The translations under genes and the position numbers were made by a program. DNA of 64,000 nt, from NCBI GenBank assembly GCA_037445735.1, contig JBBIJY010000002.1, forward strand, positions 1 to 64,000, in the 5' to 3' direction. Shown piece by piece: positions 48,643-57,734 of the stretch (positions are counted from its first letter, which is position 1; each line of letters opens with the position of its first letter). Under the pieces are notes generated by a model. The model had not been told where the DNA came from. It worked only from the letters and a program-made list of their open reading frames with translations, and made no database searches. This DNA comes from Armatimonadota bacterium (GTDB lineage: Bacteria > Armatimonadota > Fimbriimonadia > Fimbriimonadales > GBS-DC).

Positions 48643-49229
48643 GCAGGCAACCGGTGTTGACGCCCGACATTCCGCAGCCCATCCCGCCGATTATCGAGCG
48701 GGTGTGGCTCACGCCGCGCCAGATTCGGCAGAAGGTGCGTCGGATTGCCCGCTGCATCGAGCGCGATTATGCGGGCGAGGTGCCCCATCTGGTAACGGTG
48801 ATGAAAGGCGGGCTGTTCTTCCTGACCGATCTGGCGCGCGAGCTGCGCATTCCGCACACGCTCGATTTCCTTGCCATCACCAGCTACGGCGCCCAGTCGC
48901 ACAGCGGCGAGGTGCGCCTCACCAAAGACCTCGATGAACCCATCGCAGGTCGGCATGTGATTGTGGTGGAGGACATTCTGGACACGGGGCTGACGCTGGC
49001 CTATATTCTCAAGAATCTGGAGCGTCGCAAGCCTGCCAGCCTGAAGGTGTGCGTGCTGTTAGACCGCCCCTACCGCCGCCTGATCGACATTCCCATCGAC
49101 TACAAGGGCTTCGACGCGCCCGACGAGTTTCTGGTCGGCTACGGGCTGGACTGGCGCCAGCAGTATCGCAGCCTGCCGTATATCGGTATCATTAAGCCAG
49201 AGGTGCTGCGTGCGGAGGCAGGGGGCTAA
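48639..49229 (+). CDS. hpt: Hypoxanthine phosphoribosyltransferase
   Basis: VMKGG, VIVVEDILDTGLTL, FLVGYGLD. Confidence 0.93.
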   Translation: MSRQPVLTPDIPQPIPPIIERVWLTPRQIRQKVRRIARCIERDYAGEVPHLVTVMKGGLFFLTDLARELRIPHTLDFLAITSYGAQSHSGEVRLTKDLDEPIAGRHVIVVEDILDTGLTLAYILKNLERRKPASLKVCVLLDRPYRRLIDIPIDYKGFDAPDEFLVGYGLDWRQQYRSLPYIGIIKPEVLRAEAGG

Positions 49230-49275
49230 GCGCGAGAGCGATGGCGATTGAACCCTCCTGCGTGGGAGGTGGAGC

Positions 49276-50067
49276 ATGCGACTGAAAATTTATCTGGGCA
49301 AACGGGGTGAGCCGTTCGAAGTGCCGTTGCACTACAACTATTTTCTGCAGTCGCTGATCTATCGCCATTTAGATGCGCATCTGGCACAGCGGTTGCACAA
49401 CGAGGGTTTTGGCGAGGGGAGCAAGCGGTTTCGGTTTTTCACCTTTTCGCGTTTGATGGGCGACTTTGAGCGTCGGGGCGAGCGGCTAATGTTCCCGCGC
49501 GGCGCGGTTCTCTATATCGCCTCACCCAACAGCCCATTTCTGGAGTCGCTGGCGCTGCACCTGCTCATGCAGAGCGAGCTGCCGATAGGCGAACAGCGCG
49601 TGCCGCTGTACAAAGCCACCGTGGAGCCGCAGCCCGAGTACCATCCCGAAGTGATTTTGAAGGCGCTCTCCCCGATTACCTTGCGCGAGACCCTGCGTCA
49701 AACGGGCGAGAAATACACCTACTACTACAGCCCGATAGAGCCTGACTTCAGCGAGCGGATTATCTCGAATCTGCGCGAGAAGGTGCGCATCTGGTACGGG
49801 CGCGACATTCCGCCTGGTGATGCCTATTGCGTGCCTTATGCGGTGGACATGCAGAAGAATTTTCACATGATTAACTTCAAGAACACATGGGTCAAGGGCT
49901 GGAGCGGGCTGTATCGGTTCCACGCGCCGCCAGAATATTTTGAGATAGCTCTGGACGCCGGCATCGGCGAGCGCAACTCAGGCGGATTCGGCTGCGTGGC
50001 GGTGTATCGAGTGGTTGACTCAGGTAGTTCCGCAAGTCCTGGTATAATAGAACATAAGGTTCAGTAA
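49276..50067 (+). CDS. cas6: CRISPR-associated endoribonuclease Cas6
   Basis: YNYFLQSLIY, LH.EG, FRFFTFS, LSPI, G-loop GIGERNSGGFGC. Confidence 0.92.
   Translation: MRLKIYLGKRGEPFEVPLHYNYFLQSLIYRHLDAHLAQRLHNEGFGEGSKRFRFFTFSRLMGDFERRGERLMFPRGAVLYIASPNSPFLESLALHLLMQSELPIGEQRVPLYKATVEPQPEYHPEVILKALSPITLRETLRQTGEKYTYYYSPIEPDFSERIISNLREKVRIWYGRDIPPGDAYCVPYAVDMQKNFHMINFKNTWVKGWSGLYRFHAPPEYFEIALDAGIGERNSGGFGCVAVYRVVDSGSSASPGIIEHKVQ
50040..50048 (+). promoter_or_regulatory. Putative extended -10 promoter (TGGTATAAT) for cas8-cas2, inside the cas6 3' end
   Basis: Matches the GG-TAnAAT motif found before many genes in the window; 44 nt upstream of the cas8 ATG. Confidence 0.55.
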
Positions 50068-50092
50068 GGCAGGACATAGAGGTAATAGGAGA

Positions 50093-51556
50093 ATGGATAT
50101 GGAACACTGGCAAGAAGGTACGGGTAACTTCTGGATCGATAACGGGCTGGTGGTACTGGAGCGCCTCCTGAGCGGTGGCGATCTACCTGCAGAAGATGTA
50201 AATCCCCTGTTGCGGCAGTTAGCGAAGCAAGTTTACAGAGAGACTGGCAAGACAGCGGAATACTGGGATGAGCAGAGCCAGCGGGTTCAAACCTATCAAA
50301 AGCGTAACTGGCAGGAACCTGTGGGGCTGTTTATCAGTGTTGTTGACTCGCCCCCCAAGAAGCGTGTTGGGGATAAGGAACTTTACACGCGCCCTCCCGA
50401 TGCGCTTTCGGCGCTCCGTATCAACCCGAAAGGGAATGCCGAATGCGACCTGTGCGGCGCTCAGGGTCCTGTAGAAAACGCCCGGCAGTATCTCTTCCCG
50501 TTCGTCGTAGACCCTGGCAAGTTCGGGAACTTTTATTCGGCGGCTAAGCGAGGCGTCAAGGTTTGTGCCCGCTGTGCAGTAGCGGGGTTCGCTGCGTTTC
50601 AAAGTGTGTTATGGCGCCGCCATGGCGATACCTATCATCTTTTTGTGTTCCATACCGACCTGCCACGCCTGCGCTCCCTGTACAACAGCTTGATAGCACC
50701 TATGCGCTTAGCAAAGGCGAAGGGAGGCAACTTTGCGGTGCCCTTTTCAGGCGAGTATCCCTACGAGAGCCTCTTTGCCCTGCTGTTGAGCGTTTTCAGA
50801 ACCCTGCATGCACGCGAATCGACGGGGGAAACAGACCCGCTTTTAGCCGAGCTGATGGGGGCAAAGCCTATCGCTGGCAGCCCTATAGTGGTTTACGCTA
50901 TCAGTGGGGAGCGTGGCAAAGGCTTCTCTATGAGGGCACTGGTAGCATTTGATCAGTTTCAGCGATTTTATCGGCTTTACACCCGCTGGATAGCGGTGCC
51001 CTCTGAGGCAAACGGCTCCCACGAAGTAGTGGCGCGGGTGTTCCGCCAGTTTCAGCATCGTCGCCAGAAGAAAACGGAGACCCTGTGGCGTGAGCATGTC
51101 TGTTCTGCCATGCTCAGGCAGACAGACCCTGCGCCCGCTATAGAGGCGTTCCTTTACGATGTGAGCGTGGAGACCAGGCGCGCGCTCAGATACGGCACAC
51201 TGGAAGTGCTACACATCTATCTGCAGGAGGTTCTCAAAATGGACGAGAAGCTGCTCAACATTATCCGCGGCTTCGGCTATGAGCTGGGTAGGATAGCCGC
51301 TGAGAAGTCGGAAATGGGGCTGCTGTATGCCCTGCGCAATGCGAAAAACCTCGACCAGTTCCTGGAGGTGCTGAACCAGACTCAGTTCACCCTGGAGAGG
51401 ACCATCAACCCGGATTTGCTTCGCGTGGAGCCAGGCGAACGGATTGCGGGAGCGCCATGGAACCGTGTGAAGACCTTGCTGGCTATCCACGCGATGAACG
51501 CCTATCTCCGCACGAAGTACCCCACTCAAACGCAACAGGAGGGAAGCGATGAGTAA
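50093..51556 (+). CDS. cas8b: Type I-B large subunit Cas8 (Cst1/CXXC-CXXC type)
   Basis: N-terminal TGNFWIDNG, CDLCG and CARC zinc motifs, FPF..GNF; lies between cas6 and cas7. Confidence 0.8.
   Translation: MDMEHWQEGTGNFWIDNGLVVLERLLSGGDLPAEDVNPLLRQLAKQVYRETGKTAEYWDEQSQRVQTYQKRNWQEPVGLFISVVDSPPKKRVGDKELYTRPPDALSALRINPKGNAECDLCGAQGPVENARQYLFPFVVDPGKFGNFYSAAKRGVKVCARCAVAGFAAFQSVLWRRHGDTYHLFVFHTDLPRLRSLYNSLIAPMRLAKAKGGNFAVPFSGEYPYESLFALLLSVFRTLHARESTGETDPLLAELMGAKPIAGSPIVVYAISGERGKGFSMRALVAFDQFQRFYRLYTRWIAVPSEANGSHEVVARVFRQFQHRRQKKTETLWREHVCSAMLRQTDPAPAIEAFLYDVSVETRRALRYGTLEVLHIYLQEVLKMDEKLLNIIRGFGYELGRIAAEKSEMGLLYALRNAKNLDQFLEVLNQTQFTLERTINPDLLRVEPGERIAGAPWNRVKTLLAIHAMNAYLRTKYPTQTQQEGSDE
51239..51556 (+). 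CDS. cas11: Putative internally translated small subunit Cas11 (105 aa, in frame within cas8)
   Basis: CAGGAGG-TTCTCAAA-ATG at 51224-51241 in the cas8 frame; helical C-terminal domain (LLYALRNAKNLDQFLE). Confidence 0.65.
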   Translation: MDEKLLNIIRGFGYELGRIAAEKSEMGLLYALRNAKNLDQFLEVLNQTQFTLERTINPDLLRVEPGERIAGAPWNRVKTLLAIHAMNAYLRTKYPTQTQQEGSDE

Positions 51557-52475
51557 AGCGATTACACTCACCTATCTGGTGAAAGCGTCGGCAGCGAATG
51601 TGAACGCCTCCCATACGGAAGGCAATGTGCAGACCATCAAGCGCGTCACCCTGCCAGATGGAACCGTGCTGCCCTACATATCGGGTCAGGCGGTGCGCCG
51701 TATGCTACGCGATCGGCTGGCAGATCTTGGCTGGCAGCTCTCTGAGCCATTTGCACAGGTGAAGGAGCAAGAGGTTACGCCCCCTGCAAAACCCGAGGAG
51801 TATATAGACGAAGACCTGTTCGGCTACATGGATGCCTCTGGGGCAAAACGGCGCACCTCGCCCACGCGCGTCTCAACGCTTATAGGGCTATTCCCCTACT
51901 GGGGAGACCGTGATCTGGGCACACGCTCCTTTGAGCAGTTTGGGCAGACGCCTGCGGAAGGCGGCAACATGTTCGAAACGGAGCTGGCGCACTCAATCTA
52001 TCGGGGCACGATGCTGGTGGAGCTGGATCGGGTGGGCGTGTTTCGCGCTAGCGAGCGCGGTAAGGGGGCGACAGATCTTGAACTACCCCCTGCCGAGCGC
52101 CGCCGCCGTGTACAGGCGTTAGTACAGGCACTCAGGCTGTTGTGGGGTGGTGGACGCACGGCACGAATGCTCACTGACCTCTCGCCATGGTTCATCGCCT
52201 ATGCTCGACTGACCGTCAAAACGCCGCTCTTTCTGGAGGCGGTTCAGGTGGAGTACGAGCGCGGACGCTACCTGCTGAAAATCGAGCCAATTGTTCACGC
52301 CGCCCATCGCCTGCCTGCCGAGTGGCGCCCTGTGGTGCTTTTCGGCTACACACCTGGCTTTTTTGCCAACGAGGACGCTTTAAAAGAGGCGCTCTCAAGC
52401 GTGGGTGCCGTAATGACCATCGCCGACCTGATCCCTGCAATCCTCAAGGACATCGAAGAGGGAATGACCGAATGA
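51549..52475 (+). CDS. cas7: Cas7 backbone (Cst2/DevR type)
   Basis: GNVQTIKR, YISGQAVRR.LR, DEDLFGYM, RTSP.RVS, ELDRVG. Confidence 0.92.
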   Translation: MSKAITLTYLVKASAANVNASHTEGNVQTIKRVTLPDGTVLPYISGQAVRRMLRDRLADLGWQLSEPFAQVKEQEVTPPAKPEEYIDEDLFGYMDASGAKRRTSPTRVSTLIGLFPYWGDRDLGTRSFEQFGQTPAEGGNMFETELAHSIYRGTMLVELDRVGVFRASERGKGATDLELPPAERRRRVQALVQALRLLWGGGRTARMLTDLSPWFIAYARLTVKTPLFLEAVQVEYERGRYLLKIEPIVHAAHRLPAEWRPVVLFGYTPGFFANEDALKEALSSVGAVMTIADLIPAILKDIEEGMTE

Positions 52476-53191
52476 GGGTACTGGCTGTTCGGGTGCATGC
52501 GCCTGTGGCGTCGTTCCGACGCCCGCTGGATCACACTTACCAGCGCACGCTGCCTCTACCGCCGCCAACAACGCTGGTCGGACTGGCGGGCGCGGCGTAT
52601 GGCTTCAGTGCGGAACAGCTGTGGGGATCAACCAGCCCGCTCAAAAACCTGCGCGTGCAGGTGCTGGCGGAAAATGCGCCTGCACGCGCCACCGACCTCT
52701 GGACTCTGCTCAAAATCAAATCGGGCAAGATGGAGCGCTCGCCTTACCTGCGCGAGCTGCTCTTTGGCGCGCGGTTCACCCTGCTCTATGTGGGTAGTGA
52801 CCAGCTCCTCGAAACGCTCCATGCAGCGTTTCAACGACCCTTCTATCCCCTCTCGCTGGGACGCGAGGATGAGCTGGTGGAGATCGAGTCGTGCGATCTG
52901 GTCGAATGCTCAACAGCAACACCACCATACAAGTTCTACGGCACGATTTTGCCTGGCGATTTGCGGTTGTTGAATGCGCGTCCTGTCCTTCAGGAAGGCG
53001 CTGTCCTTGAGCCTGCCGTGGTTGAAACGCTACCCACTGCCTTCCAGGTAGATGCCAAAGGGCAACGCCACCCAACAAATCGGCGAACCTTTACTTTTGT
53101 CCCTTTTTCGATGCAGGTGGAACTAATCCAGATGAGCATATCCGTTTACCAGTTTGAGAATAGACAATTTGTGTGGTTGCAGGAAGATTAG
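52472..53191 (+). CDS. cas5: Cas5
   Basis: ASFRRP..YQRTLPLPPPTTLVGL.GAA, RELL, LSLGREDEL; ATG overlaps the cas7 stop. Confidence 0.9.
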   Translation: MRVLAVRVHAPVASFRRPLDHTYQRTLPLPPPTTLVGLAGAAYGFSAEQLWGSTSPLKNLRVQVLAENAPARATDLWTLLKIKSGKMERSPYLRELLFGARFTLLYVGSDQLLETLHAAFQRPFYPLSLGREDELVEIESCDLVECSTATPPYKFYGTILPGDLRLLNARPVLQEGAVLEPAVVETLPTAFQVDAKGQRHPTNRRTFTFVPFSMQVELIQMSISVYQFENRQFVWLQED

Positions 53192-53192
53192 C

Positions 53193-55376
53193 ATGAGCCT
53201 CTGGGGGAAACCTGACGAAACACTCGACGAGCATACACAGCGCGTGGTGGAGGTGGGGCGCTGGCTGGCACAGCGTCTGAATCTGCCAGATTCACTGGCA
53301 CAACGAGTGGAGCTGGCATGCATTTTGCACGATGTGGGCAAAGCCACGCGCGCGTTCCAGAAGCGGATGAAAGCCGTGCGCGAGGCTTCAAAACATCAGC
53401 CCAGCGCCTATCCCCACGCGCTGGCTTCATTCCCGTTCGTGCTGGCAATAGAGAGTCGAAGGTTCGGTTCACAAACCCCTAAACTGGCTACCGCTGTGGT
53501 GCTGAGCCACCACTCCCCACTGCACCCACGGCTCTACGAAGGCATCCAGCAGCAACCCGACTTCGATCAAGACGCCCTGCGCGACTGGCTGGCACAATGG
53601 TTCACCGATGAGAATGAGCAAAGTCTGCTTCAGCGCGTTTGCGGATGCAAGCCTGGTGTGTGGCTTTATCAGGATATGCAAAACCCCGATGGGAGCCGTA
53701 CTTTGATGGAACATTTCATGCGGCTTCCCGCAAGAGATTTTGCGCTGGTCAAGGCGCTCCTCTGCCTCGCCGATTGGCTCGCCTCAGCACATAAAGACCC
53801 CGCAATAGTATTCCTGTCCAACGGCTCCCAACAGGTTCAGAACTACTTGCGAAACGAAAAGGGTTTGTCATCAGAATCGCTTTATGCTTTTCAGTGTCAA
53901 GCGCGTGATGCCCAGGGTGAACGGCTTTACTTACAGGCGCCCACTGGCACGGGCAAAACCGAAGCGTTGTTGCTCTGGGCGGGCAATAGCCAGCGAATCG
54001 TCTATCTTCTGCCCACGCAGGCAACCGTGAACGCAATGTGGCGGCGCCTGCAGAAAGTTTACGGAGAAGATAGCGTAGGCATTGCACACAGCCGTGCCCT
54101 GCTGGAACTTGGCACGCATGAGGAGCCACCGCTGGATGTGCGCCTCTTCGCCAGTGTGTTCGCCAAACCCGTAACGGTAGCCACTCTGGATCAGTTTCTC
54201 TTAGCGCACCTGCACGGACGCCACTGGGAGATACGGCGAGCGCTCTGTAGGCACGCAACGATGCTGATGGACGAGATTCACGCCTACGAGCCGTACACGC
54301 TGGGGCTGCTACAGGCGGCTATAGAGAGCGAGCCACCTGCTCGCCTGGCACTTGCCAGTGCCACGCTACCCAGCCCGCTGCGCACGCTTCTGGGCGATGC
54401 CCCTATAATTGAAGCGGAAGACAGGCTCTGGCACCAGCAGCGCCATCATCTTCTCCCTGAAGGGCGCACACCAGACGATGCTCTTGACAACGCTCTCCGA
54501 AATGCTGCTAACGGCGAGCGCGTGCTGTTCGTGGTCAATACCGTGCCGCTGGCACAGGCACTCTATCAGCAAGCCGTTGAGAAAGCCCAGTGTATGGAAT
54601 GTTCACCCCACATTCAGCTGCTTCACGCCCGTTTCATCTATCGCGACCGACGCGAGAAAGAGCAAGCCATCGAAAAGCCCTCACCTGGCACACTATTGAT
54701 AGCAACACAGGTTGTGGAGGTAAGCCTCGACATCTCGTATGACCGCCTCTATACAGAGCTGGCACCGCTGGATGCACTGGTCCAGCGTATGGGGCGTGTG
54801 AATCGGCGCGGTGAACGGGCTCAACCCGCGCCTGTTCACATCTTGCTCCGCTATGATCCGCGCTCAGAGCATCTCTACGGGAAAGATACCCTGCAAGCAA
54901 CGCTCAACCACTTGCAAGCCCTACCTGCTCGACCCACAGCGCGCGAGTTGACACAGGCGACAGATGCTCTCTATCAGTCGCTCTGGAACTGCAGCGACTT
55001 CCAGCGCGAGCTGCAGGCAGGATATCAAACCCTGAAAGAAGTCCAGCATATCTGCGGCTGCTACACTATCGACCTGAGCGATGAGCAGATGCGCCAGAAA
55101 TTCACCACCCGCAAGGGCGATATTCATATTGAGGCGCTTCCCAGAGCCTTCCTGCAGGAAGCCTATCAGCTGCGCGAACAGAAAGCTCTCTGGAAGCTGC
55201 CCAATCTGCTTGTTTCCATTCCCTACTGGTGGTACTACCGATTTCCAAACTACTTCACGCCTGTTTCAGACCTGAACATACTCGTAACGGACTTACCCTA
55301 CGATAGCAAGAAGGGACTGCTGCATCCCCTCCAGGTTGATGGTACAGCCGACCAATCAGAGGAATGGATTATATGA
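53193..55376 (+). CDS. cas3: Cas3 HD nuclease-helicase
   Basis: EHT..V, LHDVGKA, SHH, ADWLAS; APTGTGKTE, DEIH, SAT, TQVVEVSLDI, QRMGRVNR. Confidence 0.95.
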   Translation: MSLWGKPDETLDEHTQRVVEVGRWLAQRLNLPDSLAQRVELACILHDVGKATRAFQKRMKAVREASKHQPSAYPHALASFPFVLAIESRRFGSQTPKLATAVVLSHHSPLHPRLYEGIQQQPDFDQDALRDWLAQWFTDENEQSLLQRVCGCKPGVWLYQDMQNPDGSRTLMEHFMRLPARDFALVKALLCLADWLASAHKDPAIVFLSNGSQQVQNYLRNEKGLSSESLYAFQCQARDAQGERLYLQAPTGTGKTEALLLWAGNSQRIVYLLPTQATVNAMWRRLQKVYGEDSVGIAHSRALLELGTHEEPPLDVRLFASVFAKPVTVATLDQFLLAHLHGRHWEIRRALCRHATMLMDEIHAYEPYTLGLLQAAIESEPPARLALASATLPSPLRTLLGDAPIIEAEDRLWHQQRHHLLPEGRTPDDALDNALRNAANGERVLFVVNTVPLAQALYQQAVEKAQCMECSPHIQLLHARFIYRDRREKEQAIEKPSPGTLLIATQVVEVSLDISYDRLYTELAPLDALVQRMGRVNRRGERAQPAPVHILLRYDPRSEHLYGKDTLQATLNHLQALPARPTARELTQATDALYQSLWNCSDFQRELQAGYQTLKEVQHICGCYTIDLSDEQMRQKFTTRKGDIHIEALPRAFLQEAYQLREQKALWKLPNLLVSIPYWWYYRFPNYFTPVSDLNILVTDLPYDSKKGLLHPLQVDGTADQSEEWII

Positions 55377-55939
55377 GCCTGGAACTCCTCTCTCTTCCCG
55401 AAGAGACATGGAACGAACTGGCGGTGCGGGGGTATGAGCTGAATGCATGGGTTATCTGCCCCCGAAAGTGCTGGTTCCTGCAGCGCCAGCTGATGATGGA
55501 GCCGCACTCGCCCTATGTGGAGCTGGGACGACTGGTGCACCAGGAAGCCCTGCAGGAACGCCCCAGCCGTGAACCTGCCTTCACCGAAGTGCCCATCGAG
55601 GGTTTCGCTCGCATCGACAAAATCGCAGGCGAGCTGGTGTATGAAATCAAGCGCAGTCCCCGCAAGCAGGAAGCCCACCGCCTGCAACTGCTGTATTACC
55701 TCTACCTCCTGCGCGAACGCGGGCTGAACCTCAAGGGCGTGCTGCTCTACCCCGAACAGAACCGCCGCGAGGTGATAGAGCTGGATGATGAAGCGATACA
55801 AACCCTCCAGAACGCCCTGCAGGCGCTTCAGCAACTGCGCCAGAGTCGGCTCCCGCCGCAAGTGCCGCGCCCGATGAGTATCTGTCGCACCTGCGCCTAT
55901 CAGGAACTCTGCTGGTGTGAGGAGGACGACAACCCATGA
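55373..55939 (+). CDS. cas4: Cas4
   Basis: CPRKCW, RIDKI..EIK, QL..Y, C-terminal CRTCAYQELC; alternative start 55364. Confidence 0.93.
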   Translation: MSLELLSLPEETWNELAVRGYELNAWVICPRKCWFLQRQLMMEPHSPYVELGRLVHQEALQERPSREPAFTEVPIEGFARIDKIAGELVYEIKRSPRKQEAHRLQLLYYLYLLRERGLNLKGVLLYPEQNRREVIELDDEAIQTLQNALQALQQLRQSRLPPQVPRPMSICRTCAYQELCWCEEDDNP

Positions 55940-56928
55940 AACAAACGCTCTATGTCAACAGCCACGGCACGCTCCAGCGCGACCAGAACACTCTGCTGCT
56001 GGAGATGGAAGACGGCACAAAGCGCTACCTGCCCATCGAAGGTGTCCGCGAGCTGCACATCTTCGGTGAGGTGAACCTCAATAAGCGCGTGCTGGAGTTT
56101 TTAAGCCAGAACCAGGTGATTGTCCACTTCTATAACTATTACGGCTACTATACAGGGAGCTACTACCCGCGCGAGCATTTCAATTCGGGCTATATGCTGC
56201 TCAAACAGGTAGAGCATTACATAGACGAAGCGCGTCGGCTGGACATCGCCCGCCGAATCGTGCAGGGCGCACTCACAAACCTCTCATTTGTGGCACGCTA
56301 CTACCACAACCGCCAGACCGACCTGCGCGAGACGCTGAACAGCCTTCAGAGCCTGCGCGACGCCATCCCTGGCTGTGCCAGCATCGAGTCGCTGATGCAG
56401 GTGGAGGGCAAAGCGCGTGAGACGTACTACGCTCTCTTCGATCAGGTCCTCCAGAATCCCGACTTCGCGTTTGGCAAGCGCACGCGCCGACCGCCGCGCA
56501 ACCGCCTGAACGCGCTCCTCTCCTTCGGCAACAGCCTGCTTTACACCACCGCGCTCTCGGAAATCTATCAGACTCACCTCGACCCCCGAATCGGCTACCT
56601 GCACACCACTAACTTCCGCCGATTCACGCTCAACCTCGATATCGCGGAAGTCTTCAAGCCCCTTTTAGTAGACCGCACGATTCTGACGCTCATCCAGAGG
56701 CGCCAGATTCGCCCCGAACATTTCGCCGAAGAGATGGCGGGCATCTACCTGAACGAGGAGGGGCGAACCATCTTCCTCAAAGCATGGGAAGAGCGCCTGC
56801 AAAGCACCTTCGAGCATCGGCGACTCAAGCGCCATGTGTCCTACCGTATGGCGATTCGCCTGGATCTGTATAAACTGGAGAAGCACCTGATCGGTGAGAA
56901 GCCTTACGAGCCGTTCAAGCCGAGGTGA
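55936..56928 (+). CDS. cas1: Cas1 (type I-B)
   Basis: HFYNYYGYY.GS, EG..R..Y, NALLSFGN.LLY, GYLH, L.LDIAEVFKP. Confidence 0.96.
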   Translation: MKQTLYVNSHGTLQRDQNTLLLEMEDGTKRYLPIEGVRELHIFGEVNLNKRVLEFLSQNQVIVHFYNYYGYYTGSYYPREHFNSGYMLLKQVEHYIDEARRLDIARRIVQGALTNLSFVARYYHNRQTDLRETLNSLQSLRDAIPGCASIESLMQVEGKARETYYALFDQVLQNPDFAFGKRTRRPPRNRLNALLSFGNSLLYTTALSEIYQTHLDPRIGYLHTTNFRRFTLNLDIAEVFKPLLVDRTILTLIQRRQIRPEHFAEEMAGIYLNEEGRTIFLKAWEERLQSTFEHRRLKRHVSYRMAIRLDLYKLEKHLIGEKPYEPFKPR

Positions 56929-56931
56929 ACA

Positions 56932-57195
56932 ATGTATGTAATTATGGTGTACGATGTGAATGTGGCGCGAGTGCAGAAGGTTCTCAAACTCGGGCGCAAA
57001 TACCTCACATGGGTGCAGAACTCCGTGTTCGAAGGCGAGCTGACCGAGGCGCAGCTCGCCCGCCTGCAACGCGCCCTGCAAAAGATTATCAACCCCGAAG
57101 AGGACAGCATCCTGTTCTATCTTCTGCGCACCACCGCCTATCTGGAGCACCAGACAGTGGGCGTCATCAAAAATGAACCGACGCAGTTCCTGTAA
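56932..57195 (+). CDS. cas2: Cas2
   Basis: YVIMVYDV, WVQNSVFEG, DSI.FY. Confidence 0.95.
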   Translation: MYVIMVYDVNVARVQKVLKLGRKYLTWVQNSVFEGELTEAQLARLQRALQKIINPEEDSILFYLLRTTAYLEHQTVGVIKNEPTQFL

Positions 57196-57212
57196 GAGGG
57201 CTTTTGGGTTTT

Positions 57213-57317
57213 TTCCTCCCCAAAGGGGAGAGGGTTTCTGGTTTTTTTCACAGCTGAAGCAAAGGAGGCAGGTCGGCTTGAGTTGCATCGAGTTCAGGCA
57301 CGGGATGCGCCTGCTAC
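57213..57317. repeat. Truncated palindromic element (57213-57234) and GTAG REP-like unit (minus strand, 57295-57317) downstream of cas2
   Basis: CTCCCC-AAA-GGGGAGAGGG hairpin; GTAGCAGGCGCATCCCGTGCCTG on the minus strand. Confidence 0.55.
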
Positions 57318-57352
57318 TTCGATGAGACCGAATCGGCGCGGTGCCAACCCCC

Positions 57353-57664
57353 TTACGGTGTAGGTGGTACTTCGGCATGGAGCCAGTTGAGGAAGGGTGT
57401 GTTCACCTGAACAGGCGACAGCTCGGCGACGAAGTTGGTGTAGGTGATATGCTCCTGCAGCACGCGCTGGATGGCGTCAAAGTAGCCCTCGCGCGTTTTG
57501 ACAATCAGCGCCACCTCGGGCTCCTGCACAATCCTGCCCTCCCAGCGGTAGGCGCAGGTGATGGGGAACCAGTTGACGCACACTGCCAGCTGCTGTTCCA
57601 GCAGGGCGCGCCCGATTCGCTCCGCCTCTTCGGTTGTGTTCAGTGTGATGTAATAGAGTCGCAT
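57353..57664 (-). CDS. cutA: Divalent cation tolerance protein CutA
   Basis: EEA.RI.RALLE..LA.CVN, YRWEG.I..E.E, KT; AGGAGG RBS before ATG 57664. Confidence 0.9.
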   Translation of the reverse strand: MRLYYITLNTTEEAERIGRALLEQQLAVCVNWFPITCAYRWEGRIVQEPEVALIVKTREGYFDAIQRVLQEHITYTNFVAELSPVQVNTPFLNWLHAEVPPTP

Positions 57665-57734
57665 GCCGCACCTCCTGGAGCGATTGTACCCGTCAGCAGG
57701 GGCGTGGGGTAGAATCGGCACAGGGTGAAAAGCA

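Noticed and set aside
50068..50092. CreTA-type RNA toxin-antitoxin between cas6 and cas8
   Set aside because: The gap is only 25 nt and holds just the RBS; no repeat pair is visible.
42993..57195. Functional link between the adenylate cyclase-STAND gene and the cas operon
   Set aside because: Separated by five unrelated genes; no Cas10 or CARF/SAVED effector, and type I-B does not need a cyclic-nucleotide messenger.
57196..57352. CRISPR leader/array after cas2
   Set aside because: No direct repeats; the hairpins belong to the two REP-like families.
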